64,000 nucleotides of DNA. Origin: Antedon mediterranea. Its lineage: Eukaryota; Animalia; Echinodermata. The translations under genes and the position numbers were made by a program. The DNA lies in NCBI RefSeq assembly GCF_964355755.1, contig NC_092678.1, forward strand, positions 11,902,352-11,966,351, written 5' to 3'. This document shows, piece by piece, positions 15,601 through 30,600 of this stretch (position 1 is the stretch's first letter; every line of letters starts with the position of its first letter). The notes under the pieces were generated by a model. The model worked only from the letters and a program-made list of their open reading frames with translations, was not told the origin of the DNA and ran no database searches.

Positions 15601-18600
15601 TTGACGAGATTGTAATAGTAACTTCAGTAACTATTACAGTACTTATTTATTATACGACACAAGACAATTGTATCTGACAGGTACGTACATTATTCTAAAA
15701 AATAAGTCTAGATAGATCCCTTAGGCGTCATAAATCACAGGCCAACAAATCAGTACTCATGACAGAAATTCGACCCAGTTTGGTTCACACAAATGTTTAC
15801 AGGAAGTTCAACACCACAACCGATGATTTGCCCTAAATATTTAGGTAGACTACAGTTTAATTTTTCACTGAATAGGAGCTTGAATTTCCGATTTCCATTT
15901 CGCAGAATGTCTAGGTCTATTTATTTAGTTTGGTTCTTATAATATATAAATACAATCAACTTTATTACTGCGGTTCCATCACCACCACCACGTGCTGCCG
16001 CCCAATTCCCGTACATACATTTCCATTTCTCCCTAATTTCTTTAATCCACATAAATTAATTGTCCTTTATGGAATCCAGTATTGGTTTTGTTGTCTCTAT
16101 TTCTGAATACCCCAATTAGGGGGACACTTCCGTTTTTGTTTAGTGTCCCAAAAAAGTCCCCGTCCGTGGATTCTACTGTATTCGAGAACCATCTGTGAGC
16201 ACCCACCCCTAGATGGTACGCGAGCGAAGCGAGCGTGCCATCTAGTCCAACTAATTTATGTACTGATTAGGAATTAAGTTTTATCCTTGTCTGGCCAAAT
16301 TAATTACATTTAATTGAAAAATACAGAACTTCATTTGATATAAATGTCCTACCCCATGTACATATTTACTGTTATCCAAAGTGTATCCTGTCATTTGATG
16401 GTTAATTTTGTACCATGTGTCATGGCTTTTTAGTAACCCATTGGAAATTGTTGTGCAACACAATAGGCTTGAATATTACGCGATGAGAATAGACAAGCAT
16501 TCTACAGGTGGGTAGAGTACGCCATCTATAACAGCTCTGCTCAACAGATGGAAGGGTTGAAGTTTACTTTTGAAAAGTAGGTCTTGTATACACAAATAGT
16601 AAAAGTGGAGAATGTCATTCATTTAAACCGTAATGTATTCCAATGAAACTGTGATGAGGTACGCCCTCCACAAGATGTGTTTTTCATCTTTCTGGGCTTG
16701 TACCTTCTTCTTTCGAAATTTTGTTTAAATATATATTGTTCATTGAAATCAACTTTGTATATGGAAGGAGAAAATAAATGTTGCTTTGTTGCTTTGAGCA
16801 AAACAGGGCTGTGGAAGCCAAACAACAAGATTGGAATCTTTATGGTACAGGGGCATTTCAATTCTCTAGTTTGCTCAGCACATCATAATAAAATTGACCC
16901 CAACAATTTTTGTACATACTTGAATTTTACTCTATGGACATCTTCATTTTCATTCATCACACATTTTTTTATCATGAGAAACATGACAATTTAAATAGCA
17001 TGGTCCTTTCCATAAGATTCCAAAAGTGCATGTTGAATACAATTCAGTTCACAGTCAGAACTTACCATATTACTGTATCTTAAACTGATGTTTCTATTAT
17101 TTAGAGAAACAAGAGATTGTTCTTGAATTGCAAGACCTTTGACATCAGAATAATGGTAAACACCACGCACAACATGGTTACTATAAATAACATACAAAAA
17201 AAAAATTACGAATTAATAGATGCTTTTACTATATAACTTTAACCATTTTCCAAGATCAAGTGATTGAATTATACAAAAATTGGTTAATTACATCAATTAA
17301 TTAGTATTTCCTGTCACCCATTGGTGTTTGTTGTTGTTTTTGTATAATTCGATCACTTGATCTTGAAAATGGTTCCATGATGGTTCCGAAACGTTGATCT
17401 TCTTGTTTTTTGTCATTAAATTTTATTGTAATATAAAAAAAAAATTACTATACATAAAATACAGCACAAAAAAAAACATATTCAAATTAACTTTGTTATG
17501 ATAAAATAAGCAACCGTTAGGTTGAAGTTATTTTAACATATTATATATGTCTAGGTTTGCCATGTTAATCAGGCCTCCATTAAAATCAGAGAGATATGTA
17601 TTTATATATGCATGACAAAGTTATGAGCAAAAACATTTTTTTTAATAGATCTAAAACAAAACTTTTAACATGTGGGAGATTATTGTAACATGAAAATTTA
17701 AAAAATTTCATTTTTTATATGCCATACTATGAAAAAAAAAATTGCACGTAATTCTCAGACTTAAACCCACAATGTTCAGATGACTATCCTGCCATTCATA
17801 CCTCTAGACCACTGGCTAGGGTTATTAAGCGCAAGGAAGCAGTGACTACTGAGCTGTGCTGATGGCTAGGGTTATTAAGCGCAAGGAAGCAGCGACCACT
17901 GAGCTGTGCTGATGGCTAGGGTTATTAAGCGCAAGGAAGCAGTGACCACTGAGCTGTGCTGATGGCTAGGGTTATTAAGCGCAAGGAAGCAGTGACTACT
18001 GAGCTGTGCTGATGGCTAGGGTTATTAAGCGCAAGGAAGCAGTGACTACTGAGCTGTGCTGATGGCTAGGGTTATTAAGCGCAAGGAAGCAGTGACCACT
18101 GAGCTGTGCTGATGGCTAGGGTTATTAAGCGCAAGGAAGCAGTGACCACTGAGCTGTGCTGATGGCTAGGGTTATTAAGCACAAGGAAGCAGTGACTACT
18201 GAGCTGTGCTGATGGCTAGGGTTATTAAGCGCAAGGAAGCAGTGACTACTGAGCTGTGCTGATGGCTAGGGTTATTAAGCGCAAGGAAGCAGTGACCACT
18301 GAGCTGTGCTGATGGCTAGGGTTATTAAGCGCAAGGAAGCAGCGACTACTGAGCTGTGCTGATGGCTAGGGTTATTAAGCGCAAGGAAGCAGTGACCACT
18401 GAGCTGTGCTGATGGCTAGGGTTATTAAGCGCAAGGAAGCAGTGACTACTGAGCTGTGCTGATGGCTAGGGTTATTAAGCGCAAGGAAGCAGTGACCACT
18501 GAGCTGTGCTGATGGCTAGGGTTATTAAGCGCAAGGAAGCAGTGACCACTGAGCTGTGCTGATGGCTAGGGTTATTAAGCGCAAGGAAGCAGTGACCACT

Positions 18601-21600
18601 GAGCTGTGCTGATGGCTAGGGTTATTAAGCGCAAGGAAGCAGTGACCACTGAGCTGTGCTGATGGCTAGGGTTATTAAGCGCAAGGAAGCAGTGACTACT
18701 GAGCTGTGCTGATGGCTAGGGTTATTAAGCGCAAGGAAGCAGTGACCACTGAGCTGTGCTGATGGCTAGGGTTATTAAGCGCAAGGAAGCAGTGACCACT
18801 GAGCTGTGCTGATGGCTAGGGTTATTAAGCGCAAGGAAGCAGTGACCACTGAGCTGTGCTGATGGCTAGGGTTATTAAGCGCAAGGAAGCAGTGACCACT
18901 GAGCTGTGCTGATGGCTAGGGTTATTAAGCGCAAGGAAGCAGCGACTACTGAGCTGTGCTGATGGCTAGGGTTATTAAGCGCAAGGAAGCAGTGACCACT
19001 GAGCTGTGCTGATGGCTAGGGTTATTAAGCGCAAGGAAGCAGTGACCACTGAGCTGTGCTGATGGCTAGGGTTATTAAGCGCAAGGAAGCAGTGACTACT
19101 GAGAATCACATATAATGAATATAACATAAAACAGACTACAATTTACCTGATGATGGCAGACTGAGGCCATAAATCTTGGAATGCATCGTCTTCAGCTGCA
19201 AACACAGTGTAGTTAACAATGCCAGCCAATTCATGTTGAACACTCGATTTCTATTACAAAAGATAAATAGAGAGAAATGCTCTACAATCAAGAACTGTTC
19301 ATAGGTCAACAAGGAACTGTAACAAGGAGACAAACTAAAAATGCGCTAAAAGATACCAAACATGACTTCTACTCATTGAGGACAGTGAAGGTAATAACTG
19401 AAATATTTATATATGAAAAAAACAGCCTGATCATTTAAAAATGTATTATTAGGGAACTTTCAATTTGCGACAACCAACGACCAAAATATGTTGTGTTAAT
19501 CCACTTTGCGCAGGCAGGGATATTGGGAAGCGTTTCTGGTCCAGGTAGGTAGGCAACAGTTGTAGCAAATAAAACTATTAGGCCCAAGTTGTGAACAAAT
19601 GCATTTACCCAATTTTAATAGTGTTCTCTGTATTTTTCAATTTATAGTGCATATGGCCATGCTTTTACAATTCCCCTTTGTGGAATGAAAAAGAGCATGT
19701 GTATGTGGTCGTACAAAATAAAACATTAATTGTTTTTTACTTACTGTTAACAGCTCATTGAAATTATTAAGCAGAGGATTTCCAGCAATTTCCTTTAAAA
19801 AAAATGAAAAGGTATATTAAAAATCAGCACCAGATGAAGTGGACGCCTTGCTGTTGGTATACATTTTAAAGCTGGATTACCAGTAGAACGACCTGAAGAC
19901 ACAACAGACCGGCATACTGTAACTAAGGAAGGTGTACAGGCAGCCAAGGAAGTTGTACAGGAAAGTTGAGCAACAGAAACACCAGAAGATGCATCAAATT
20001 GGCATGCTACAGCCAAGGATGGTGTACAGAAACGTTGAGCAACAGAAACACTAGAAGACACAGCAAATCGGCATGCTGCAGCCAAGGAAGTTGTACAGGA
20101 AAGTTGAGCAACAGAAACACCAGAAGATGCAGCAAATTGGCATGCTACAGCCAAGGATGGTGTACAGAAACGTTGAGCAACAGAAACACTAGAAGACACA
20201 GCAAATCGGCATGCTGCAGCCAAGGATTGTGTACAGAAACGTTGAGCAACAGAAACACCAGAAGATGCAGCAAACTGGCATGCTGCAGCCAAGGATGGTG
20301 TACAGAAAAGTTGAGCAACAGAAACACTAGAAGACACAGCAAATCGGCATGCTACAGACAAGGAAAGTGTACAGAAACGTTGAGCAACAGAAACACTAGA
20401 AGACACAGCAAATCAGCATGCTGCAGCCAAGGAAGGTGTACAGAAACGTTGAGCAACAGAAACACTAGAAGACACAGCAAATCAGCATGCTGCAGACAAG
20501 GAAAGTGTACAGAAAGACAGGTGTTATAGCTCTAACAACTGCTGCTACAGACTTCAGTCAACTAATACTGCTTTGACTCACAATTATTCAGTCAAGCCAA
20601 GATGCACTGTATAAACCTACGAGAAAAGTTGGATATGCAGAACATGTCACACCACCATGAAACATGGACAGACTTGGACAAACCGACTAGCTCTGAGTTA
20701 CATACCTCCAGAACTTGAAGAACGGAGACCACTGGATCTTAGTTAATTAGTCAACGCATACTATTCTGAAGCTGGTTGGATTACCCAAAGGAGGTCAAAA
20801 TGCAATCCATGACACTGTGGAGGCTTTGCCATTACAGCTGGAGAGAATAACGATCACTACACAAGCACAAATATGTATGACCAGTTAGGGTAATGGACTC
20901 CCTGCATTGGCTTCAAGTTAGCAATTCTCTGTATGCAGACATTACAATATTCAAGGAGTTGGAATTCCACTGGGAAAAAGATGATGTTTTTTATGGGAAG
21001 CAATTACAAAAATGTGTGTTGGAGACATGGAGAACAAAGAAAGCCTTTTTATGGAGGCTGACCAAGTAACAGCACATCATCATCCACAACTGAAAATACG
21101 CAGCTCGAGCAATTCAAAGCCTATATCCATCAGATACAGTGTGGAGAATGGGCCGACAACCTTGCAGTTCAGGATGTTGCTGATATGCCTAATATCTATT
21201 TTCGGTCCATCAACACAATAACACCTGACTGGATTCATGACATAGAACCAAGGCTGTGGAGAAGTGAGTGAGTGGCCGAGCGATTAAAACGTAATTACGT
21301 CGGCAGGGGTTTGAGGCTCACTCACCCCATGGTTCTGGTGGTAAAAAATGGCCATGGAGTGATAAAAAAACACTGTATCATCAGGTAAGAAAGATATTTA
21401 TAATTAACTAATAAATAATAAATAATTCAATAAATATTTCAAGCCAAATTCAACTAATAACCCCTCCAACACACCTCTCTATTCATTGCAAGTTTCACAA
21501 GGAGAAAAACGAGAGTGAGAAAAAGTATCAAAGCCTTCTCATGCTTTATTACCTATGGTGAGACAAGGACCACGATCTTCAGGGATTTTGAATTTTATGA

Positions 21601-24600
21601 GGATCACTTTCTGCATGTTCAAGAAGTTGTTAGAGTAAATGAACGAAGATTCACGCAAAACACTGATGCTGTGGACCAAGCACTGGATGATCTGCAGCAA
21701 ATGGGGTCTCCGGAGCATGTCTGGGGTGTCATGGCACCTGGTGCCGCAACATAGTCGAGCAGACCAGGTTGTAGAAGGCATAATCTAAGAACACCCATGC
21801 ATATAGAAGACAACAACTTCAACATGGACCACACCTCATCCACCGCGCGATTAAAGCTTCATGCAAGATTTTCAGCAGAACTAGATAAAGAGCTCATGAT
21901 TCAACCACAGTAAAGAGCAATGATGCGAGCTCTTAATACTGAGCAACAAGTGATTATAATGCATTGTGAGTGGTGCAAAGACTCAATCATTGCTTTAAAA
22001 AAAATAACCTGCCTACTCTAGAGTACAGAATTTGTCTCAGCAGACCAGAAGGTGTAGGAAAAAGCCACATGATTAAACCGATACATTATGTGACCATGAC
22101 ATTTTGAGCCAGATGACAGCCTTTACCAGAACAGAGGCATTCGGCATTGATGGCATAAAACTGCACTTAGCTTTCAGTGTGGGGGCCAAGAAGGAGTGCC
22201 GTAAATCTTCTAATTGTAACCCTGGTTTATTATTCTTTGATTGTTTTTTAGGATGGGTTACTATTAGAAGGGGCTTACTATTAGAGTAGTGGGTTACTAT
22301 TATTAATCTTAATTTAGGCACCTGAAAGAAGTAACCCACCCCAACTTTTCGGGTCAGCAAAATAATAAAACAGTATGATTAAACAAATAAACTCAAAAAC
22401 ACTCAAACCTCCCTCACTCCCGAGATCAACATGCATTAATTATCTCCTAATTTTTAAAATACGGCAGCATCATAAGTCTTCGTCATTTGTCAATAGTTTC
22501 CTTACTATAAAAGTAACCCCACGGGTTACTATATGTGTCACTACAATGTCAACATCTTGGTATATGATGTGCAAAATAATCACTATGTCCAAATAATAGA
22601 TCACTTCTATTAGTGTAATACTTTCTTCTTGAATTCATTGCTGTTATGCCAGGCTATGGCAAGAAAACTTTGAAATGATGCAGCTCACACAGAGCATGAG
22701 GCAAAAAAGAGATCAAGATTTTTCATTGATGATGTGAGTCAGGACAAGTAACTGTACCAAAGACGACATTATCATTTTGAAATCACAACAAATCTTCCAA
22801 GTCCAGCCCACTTTACCCAAAGGATGCGCTTAGTGGACGAGCTTAACCAAAGTCACTTACAGAAACTGGCATTCCAAGTGTTACACATTCAATCCATTGA
22901 AAAATATAATTATACTGTACTCTCGGAGTGCAGTCTATACCTACCAAATCAATTTGCTGATAATATTGATCTACATATTTGTTGAAACTTACAATAGCAA
23001 TGTTGCTGTAGCAGACAATTCCATCACCATGGTAACCATTATGACACACACAATGTGGCACACCCTCTACATCTTCACATAGTGCCTGTAATAAATTAAA
23101 AATTAATTAGCTAAATTTTTGCATGATGTTTGCATTGAGGACGACCTACCTTCCTTACCTCAAGGATTTTGTAGAACCTAAAGATGACTTTTAATACTTG
23201 CAAGGGCAAGTGGTGTAGTGTGTTGGACATTGAACTACTGATCGTGAGATTGTGGGTTCGAATCAAATGCTTGTCGCATTGCATATATCTTTGGGCAAGA
23301 CACTTTACTTATGTTTGCCTCTCTCCACTCAGGTGTATAAATAGACTACCTGCAAGTACTAGAGATTAAATACTTTTAAGCTCATTAAAATTAGTGTATA
23401 TTAATTTAACCATTACCTGAGGATGGCAGGCATCTGTGCAGGTTGTTGATGGCGAGCAATCATAACCATTCCCAATGTAACCTTCTGCACATTCACAAAT
23501 ATTCTGAAAATATATCACCATAATATATTTCAAATACTATAATTGTAAACTGTAAGTGAGTATTGCAAGTTCCAGATCTATCATGGCATATTTTTGCAGG
23601 TGCAGGGCCCTCCTAAGGACAGAAACCGAATGTCTATATTAGAATACTTTTCTTTGGAAAAACAGAAGACCTCCCAAGGACTATACAGTATATAAAAAAA
23701 GAGCGAAAGCCGTAAACTTGCCTAGGTCATTTTAAGCCATTTTTTTGTAGTTAAACAATGAACTTTTGGCTCTGACAAGCAAGGAAAGTGGTGTACATAT
23801 AGCACTGCAAGTGGTGTACATATAGCACTGCAAGTGGTGTACATATAGCTCTGCAAGTGGTGTACATATAGCACTGCAAGTGGTGTACATATAGCACTGC
23901 AAGTGGTGTACATTTAGCACTGCAAGTGGTGTACATATAGCACTGCAAGTGGTGTGCATATAGCACTGCAAGTGGTGTACATATAGCACTGCAAGTGGTG
24001 TACATATAGCACTGCAAGTGGTGTACATATAGCACTGCAAGTGGTGTACATATAGCACTGCAAGTGGTGTGCATATAGCACTGCAAGTGGTGTGCATATA
24101 GCACTGCAAGTGGTGTGCATATAGCCCTGCAAGTGGTGTACATATAGCACTGCAAGTGGTGTACATATAGCACTGCAAGTGGTGTGCATATAGCTCTGCA
24201 AGTGGTGTACATATAGCACTGCAAGTGGTGTACATATAGCACTGCAAGTGGTGTGCATACTGCAAGTGGTGTACATATAGCACTGCAAGTGGTGTGCATA
24301 TAGCACTGCAAGTGGTGTGCATATAGCACTGCTTACCATCTAAGTTGCACATTAAAATATAATATGCATGGTTATCTTCATCCTAATTATTAAGTTAAAT
24401 CTCATTTGAATAGACTTGATAATGAATGGATATTAAAATCATAAAAAAGGATATAAATATATATTATATTACCTGTCCAGGGGCAGTGTATACACATACT
24501 GAATGTTGGTGGCAGTTACCCCTAGATTGTAGAGTGCAAGGGTCAATAGGTGAACACTGAAAGCCATCACCAGCATAATCTGCTTCACATTCACAATGGT

Positions 24601-27600
24601 ATATACCAGGACCATCATACACACACTTGGCCTAATATAATTCACAAAAATGTTTATTTTATTCTCACATTGTATCATTCGTATTATAGTTTCTTTGCAT
24701 CATTTTCAATTTTCTTTTTGTTATTTTAGGATTTCATGGACTTTTTATTCTTTTTTTTGTGTGAAGTGCTAAAGACAATCATTATTTATTTATTATTATT
24801 TGTTTTTATTTAAATGAATCATAACTTTATGTAGGAAATGACAATCAGAGGTAATGACATGAATTGGAAAGCTGATAACAAGGATAAATGATATCATCAC
24901 CAAGGTCATACTACATGACAATGAATGATGATGACATCGGGATGCTGAAGAGGAGAATGGTACTATTGATATAGTTGATTTAGACAGTGATAATGACATT
25001 TTGATGCTGAAGAGGAGAATGGTACTATTGATATAGTAGATTTAGACAGTGATAATGACATCGTGATGCTGAAGAGGAGAATGGTACTATTGATATAGTA
25101 GATTTAGACAGTGATAATGACATCGTGATGCTGAAGAGGAGAATGGTACTATTGATAGTAGATTTAGACAGTCATAATGACATCGTGATGCTGAAGAGGA
25201 GAATGGTACTATTGATATAGTAGATTTAGACAGTGATAATGACATTGTGATGCTGAAGAGGAGAATGGTACTATTGATATAGTAGATTTAGACAGTGATA
25301 ATGACATCGTGATGCTGAAGAGGAGAATGGTACTATTGATATAGTAGATTTAGACAGTGATAATGACATTTTGATGCTGAAGAGGAGAATGGTACTATTG
25401 ATATAGTAGATTTAGACAGTGATAATGACATCGTGATGCTGAAGAGGAGAATGGTACTATTGATATAGTAGATTTAGACAGTGATAATGACATCGTGATG
25501 CTGAAGAGGAGAATGGTACTATTGATAGTAGATTTAGACAGTGATAATGACATAGTGATGATGATATAACAATCTATCAATGTTTTAAGATATTCCCTAA
25601 TATTTGTTATTGTTATATCATCATTCTATATACATTAATAATCTACCTGAGGACTGCAACTGTGTTGTGTAGGTTTGCTACAGTAATTAATAGCAATGCA
25701 ATCAGGTCCTACTTCTTCATAACCATAAAGGCAAACACATCTGAAAGGAAATATTAAAATTGTCAATTCAAATTAGGAATTCATATTATCTCATTCTATG
25801 AATAGATATATTTGTACCCAATTTATTTTGTTTTCGGTCATTATTCGTAATTAGACTGACCGCCCAATGGCATATATGCACCGAATTACCCATTAGCCCT
25901 TTTCTCACTAAACTGTGTGCAGGGAATATTCTATCATTGTTGGATTGGGTTAAGCTGACACAATGCCGGCATCAACCAGACCTGCTCAACACTTAGTAAT
26001 ATTGCTAGGAATATTCCCCGCAATGCAAAACCCTGTCTGTTGCGACGTCTTGTGCATTCAAGTGTATCCAATGTTTTTTCGCTTCGTGAATTGTTTTCAC
26101 AGAATGCATAAAGGAGGCTCTTGAAGTGTGTATGCAGTGCACACCATTCATACACAAGCAGAGCTATACATCTTCACCGAGCCTCAAAACATTTCAATTA
26201 ATCTACCACCTATTTTAAAGTCCCTGTCTTGACAATCCAAACTCTGTTCGCACCTGATAACACCACCATCAAGGTCCTGTTCACACTCAGCATGTGCATG
26301 GCAGTACTCATTACCACATGTCTGAACCTGATATTGACAATCTTGTCCTTGGTAACCTGCCAAACAGTGTCCTTTGCAATGTCCATTTCCATGGATACCA
26401 TTGTCACATACACCATGTAAACAAGTGCATTCTAAAAACAAAAATACAAATAACTGATGGTATAAGGAAATGCTCTATCTATCACACTATTATATAATGT
26501 ATAATATATAAAATCTAACATTCATATTGCACCAATCAAAAGCGCAAGATAAAGGAGTTTAACAAATTTAAATAAATCAAAAGTGGTTGAATGTTTGACA
26601 GAAGGTGGGAATTTATTCCAAAGAGACGGTGCAACAAAAGAAAATGTGCATCCACAAAGTTTTTGCAATTACTTTATGGCTATTTGCTTCAATACAAGAT
26701 ATTCAAAATTAAAGTGAAAAATGACATTTTCATTTTTCCTCCGATATAGTATATCTATACTGTATAAACAAAGTCTATATTCAAACACTGGTGGATTTAA
26801 GTAGTTGTTAATGGAAATACTTGTAATACACACCTTGCTTGCAGTAGGCACCGTATGTATTGTTATTGGCACAAAGTTCACAAGATGTTCCAGTAAACTC
26901 TGCTTTACATGTACAACAGCCATTACCAGATATACCATCAGAGCACTAAAGAAAGTAAATTCATGCAATTTAATAGTTTTAATGCATAGTAAACTAATTT
27001 ATATTCAGCCGTGTTTCGTTTATGTATTTGACCAAATATCAATACAATACCCATTAATGTTAAAGATGTATTGTCCCCCAAAAAACATGAAAAATAAAGA
27101 TTAATTAAATCAGACTTTGAATATGTTATCTTGTAGTTTTAATAAAGTTAATCACTTCCATAGAAAAATAACGAAAAAAATAATGTATTTCACTTGTAAA
27201 ATAACAAAATAAATGGTTAAATTCAACCTAAAATCCATTGGCTGGCAGCCAATTTGACTATTTTATGCTTTAAATTACAGTTTTTTCAGGTAAATACATT
27301 TTTTTCGATCCAATTTTTGATCAAAGTGGATAACTATTATGTTACATTAAAATGGAATATTCAATAACAATTTTTTTAAAGAATTATGTTTTCAGTGGGA
27401 CAATACATCTTTAAATACTTTTAGCAAAACACTGTAGCTCCCATGAACCAGATACACATTAGATAAAAACTTATTTCTTAAGACTTAATTAGGTCATTAC
27501 TGTATTCTATTTTAATCAATTACCAATATTTTTAGAACAATTTATGAAGAGTAATTATAGAGAAATGTACACTTACCTGGCCATTATTGAGACAAGGTTG

Positions 27601-30600
27601 GAGAAATCCTCCAGGGCATGGTAGACAATTTGCACCATAAAAACCTTCACAGCAAGCTGGAGTCTGATTCCAATAAGATATTGCAATTCAATTATTAATT
27701 ATACTATTACTACATATCATCATCACTTGTAATCGTCATTTAAATAAAGATAAAGGCAAGTAGACATTCATGTCAACCATCACCCTTTCATCATCACCTT
27801 AAAAACAAAGTCACCATATCCAATGACCATTTCTCCTTCCCTTTTATAAAAACATGTTTTATTGTTCAAAAACTCATAACCTATCTGAATGTCATTCACA
27901 ATTTATATTTGTCAATTTTCTTAACCAATTGTTTATTGAAGTGCTTTTAAATGGGATAGTTAACACTATGGACTTGACATCTTATTACAAATAACCAAAT
28001 CTGCTTCACAACTAGTATTCAGATATATGGGGTATGGTTCCTCCAGCTATGTTCTAATATGTATTTTATTAGTATTAAAAAAATATGTAAACCTTCCTTG
28101 CACTAGTGACGTCCATTAAAATGTATTGCGCCACTGTTTACAAAGATTGATATTTGTCTTTAACAAGTAGTATAACTTACAACAACAGTTTGACTGCACA
28201 GAAGGGAGCATCCTTCCTGCTGTACATCAATATCTCCATACTTGTAATTGAACAGACAACCTCTGAATGTTTCCTACAAATACAAGACAAACATTACATA
28301 CTTTCGGTTGTGTAATAAACAAATATCAAGACAAATGATAGTAAGGAACAAGATCAAAGCAAAATAGAGATTTGTGAGGCATGGGACCACTTCACTTAAT
28401 GCTACTATTTATGATATCAATTGTTGAAATACTTATTATATTATTTACTGTATTTGTGATGTTTTAATTACTCACATTGGTGGTTCTGACCGTTCCAACT
28501 GGACACACTATTCTTTCTGGTTCAATACAACTTCCACAGTTTCCCTAAAGTCAACATTTAAAATCTATTAAAAGTTATTTTTTCCCAAAAATCTTCCTTT
28601 TCGACCTCACATTCATCCTAACTAAAAAGGTCGATTTCAATTAAATATTATAAACTAGCAAGTAGGAATGCATCGTATATTACCTGAATGGTTTGATATA
28701 TGATGGTGCTTATTTATACCATGTAGTAAGAGTGTGGGTATTTATAGATTGTTTAAAGGGGGGTTCCGGGTTTAAAATGAATAGTAAAAAATGTAAAATA
28801 TATTTGTTTGTCTCTTGAACGGTAAAAGTTTCAATTTATATAAGCGCCCAGTGAAGCAGTACGAAGGCTGTGAAATGAGGCCAGATTACAAGTGCAGCTA
28901 CGGCAAAATCACACTGTGGTTACAGAATAGGAAATTCGTGAAATGGTCAATCTTCCGACGACTCGTTATCATTAACCATATCAATTACTTTTGTAAAATT
29001 ATACTTATTTGATGTAATTTTAGTCGGTCTTCCCATTTATAAAGTCAATTTTCTATGAAAATCCATCAAAACAGTGAAAAATTAGATAAGTTTGCACTTT
29101 ACGTTTGCCGATTTTCGCACTGACTTAGGGAAAGCCTTCAAAATCAATGAAGCGTAACGTATACATTCCTGCTGAGCGAGGAGAGCGAGACGACGATACA
29201 CATGCTCTCTCTGCCCATGCCTGGCATCGTCACGTGATAAGCAGATACAGTATACAATACCAAACTGGTCGGGTCGAGTATAACCCGTCTATAATCACAA
29301 CATGAACGATGTACAGTATTTGATTGAAGGTCGACTCAACCTACCGGAATGGTATAGATAATATAGCTCGAATGAGAGAGTTGGAATATTTGTAAACATA
29401 ACTACAGTATTGCTAATTTTAACAAGTGTAGCCTATAGTAAAAGGCCTGGTAGTATCAATTCGCATAGGGTCTACTACACTAGCTAGCTCAATTTTTAAC
29501 TGGGCCGGATCGGCTAGGCCTCCTTCCTACTACCGGTCTACTTGCTTGATGCAGTATCCGCTTTTTTGGAAAGTAACTGGGCCTACTTATTAGACGATCG
29601 GGACACCATACGTGCGGACGGCGATCGGACCTTGTTTTGCCTCAATATTTACAGCCGATTTTTATAGAACGTTTTAGATTTAGATTGTTTAGGAGTTTGG
29701 TTGATAGGATGGGTTTGGAATCCACTGAGTTTTGTTATTTATGGGCCAATCGTTTAGTAATAGGCTAGCTAGGCCCATGAATGATGGCCCCAATCAATGT
29801 TTTAACGTAGCCATCGTGGCATGGAATCCCTAGTCAGAAATGGCTCTCACCCTGGCATGAATAAAATGATTTAGGCTAGGCCTAGCCTAGTACGTGAAGC
29901 CGATATACGATCTGTACTATTAATTCGAGGTATGACTCCGTAATCTGTACTAAATTTTGTATTTCATTAAATGTCAAATAAATATATGCTACTACTGTTA
30001 TTATTACACTTTAGGCCTAGCTTAGCAAATCTACAAAAAATGTATTTCACAATGATCGGGTGGTCGTCGTTTGACAGAGGAGAGAGAACACTACGTACTG
30101 TACAAGCTTGACGTCGCGAGTTTGGAATCCACTGATGACGTGATTCTGTGAATATCTCATGAATATTAATGAGCTTCCCTAAGCTGCTGAAAAACAGACT
30201 TTCCATGAATTTACCCTAAAATGTATATGAAATTTAATTTTTATTATTTCTCGTTATTACTTCTTCATTCTGACATGTCTATATTGTTATAATATTTTTT
30301 ATTTAATAAATAAACGATATTTAAAAGCAATTTTAAACCCAGAATCCCCCTTTAATATAAGGTGGTGTTGAATTGAGCTGGCTACAATGTTGTATACAAA
30401 GAATGCAATATCTGTATAATTTAAATTGTATGATTATACAGATATTGCCTGCTGTAATATACATTTGATATACTCCAAGGGAACTACATTTTCCCTAAGA
30501 TAATCATGAGAGAAGAAAAATATCATTCCAAAGGGGATATCATTATATTTATGTTTAATAAATGTAAATATCCTGAATACAAAATGTTACTGTAGTACAT

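Larger units (their letters stand above)
19850..22830 (+). mobile_element. degenerate Helentron/Helitron Rep-PIF1 helicase remnant
   Basis: WICRTC motif near 20630, [11 protein letters not shown] linker, decayed Walker A (RPEGVGKS), [33 protein letters not shown]; many stops and frameshifts; ends approximate. Confidence 0.75.

Noticed and set aside
17813-19103. CRISPR-like appearance of regular repeats (also 39646-40205, 40925-41406)
   Set aside because: Head-to-tail units with no unique spacers, no cas genes, eukaryotic intron context
19795-20529. 203 aa and 187 aa ORFs on opposite strands as genes
   Set aside because: Alternative frames of the 69 bp transposon-derived array
23205-23280. 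tRNA gene (also 50170-50258)
   Set aside because: A/B boxes present but no convincing cloverleaf, and followed by SINE body
23722-24352. Long Cys/His-rich ORFs in several frames
   Set aside because: Artefact of a 23 bp minisatellite
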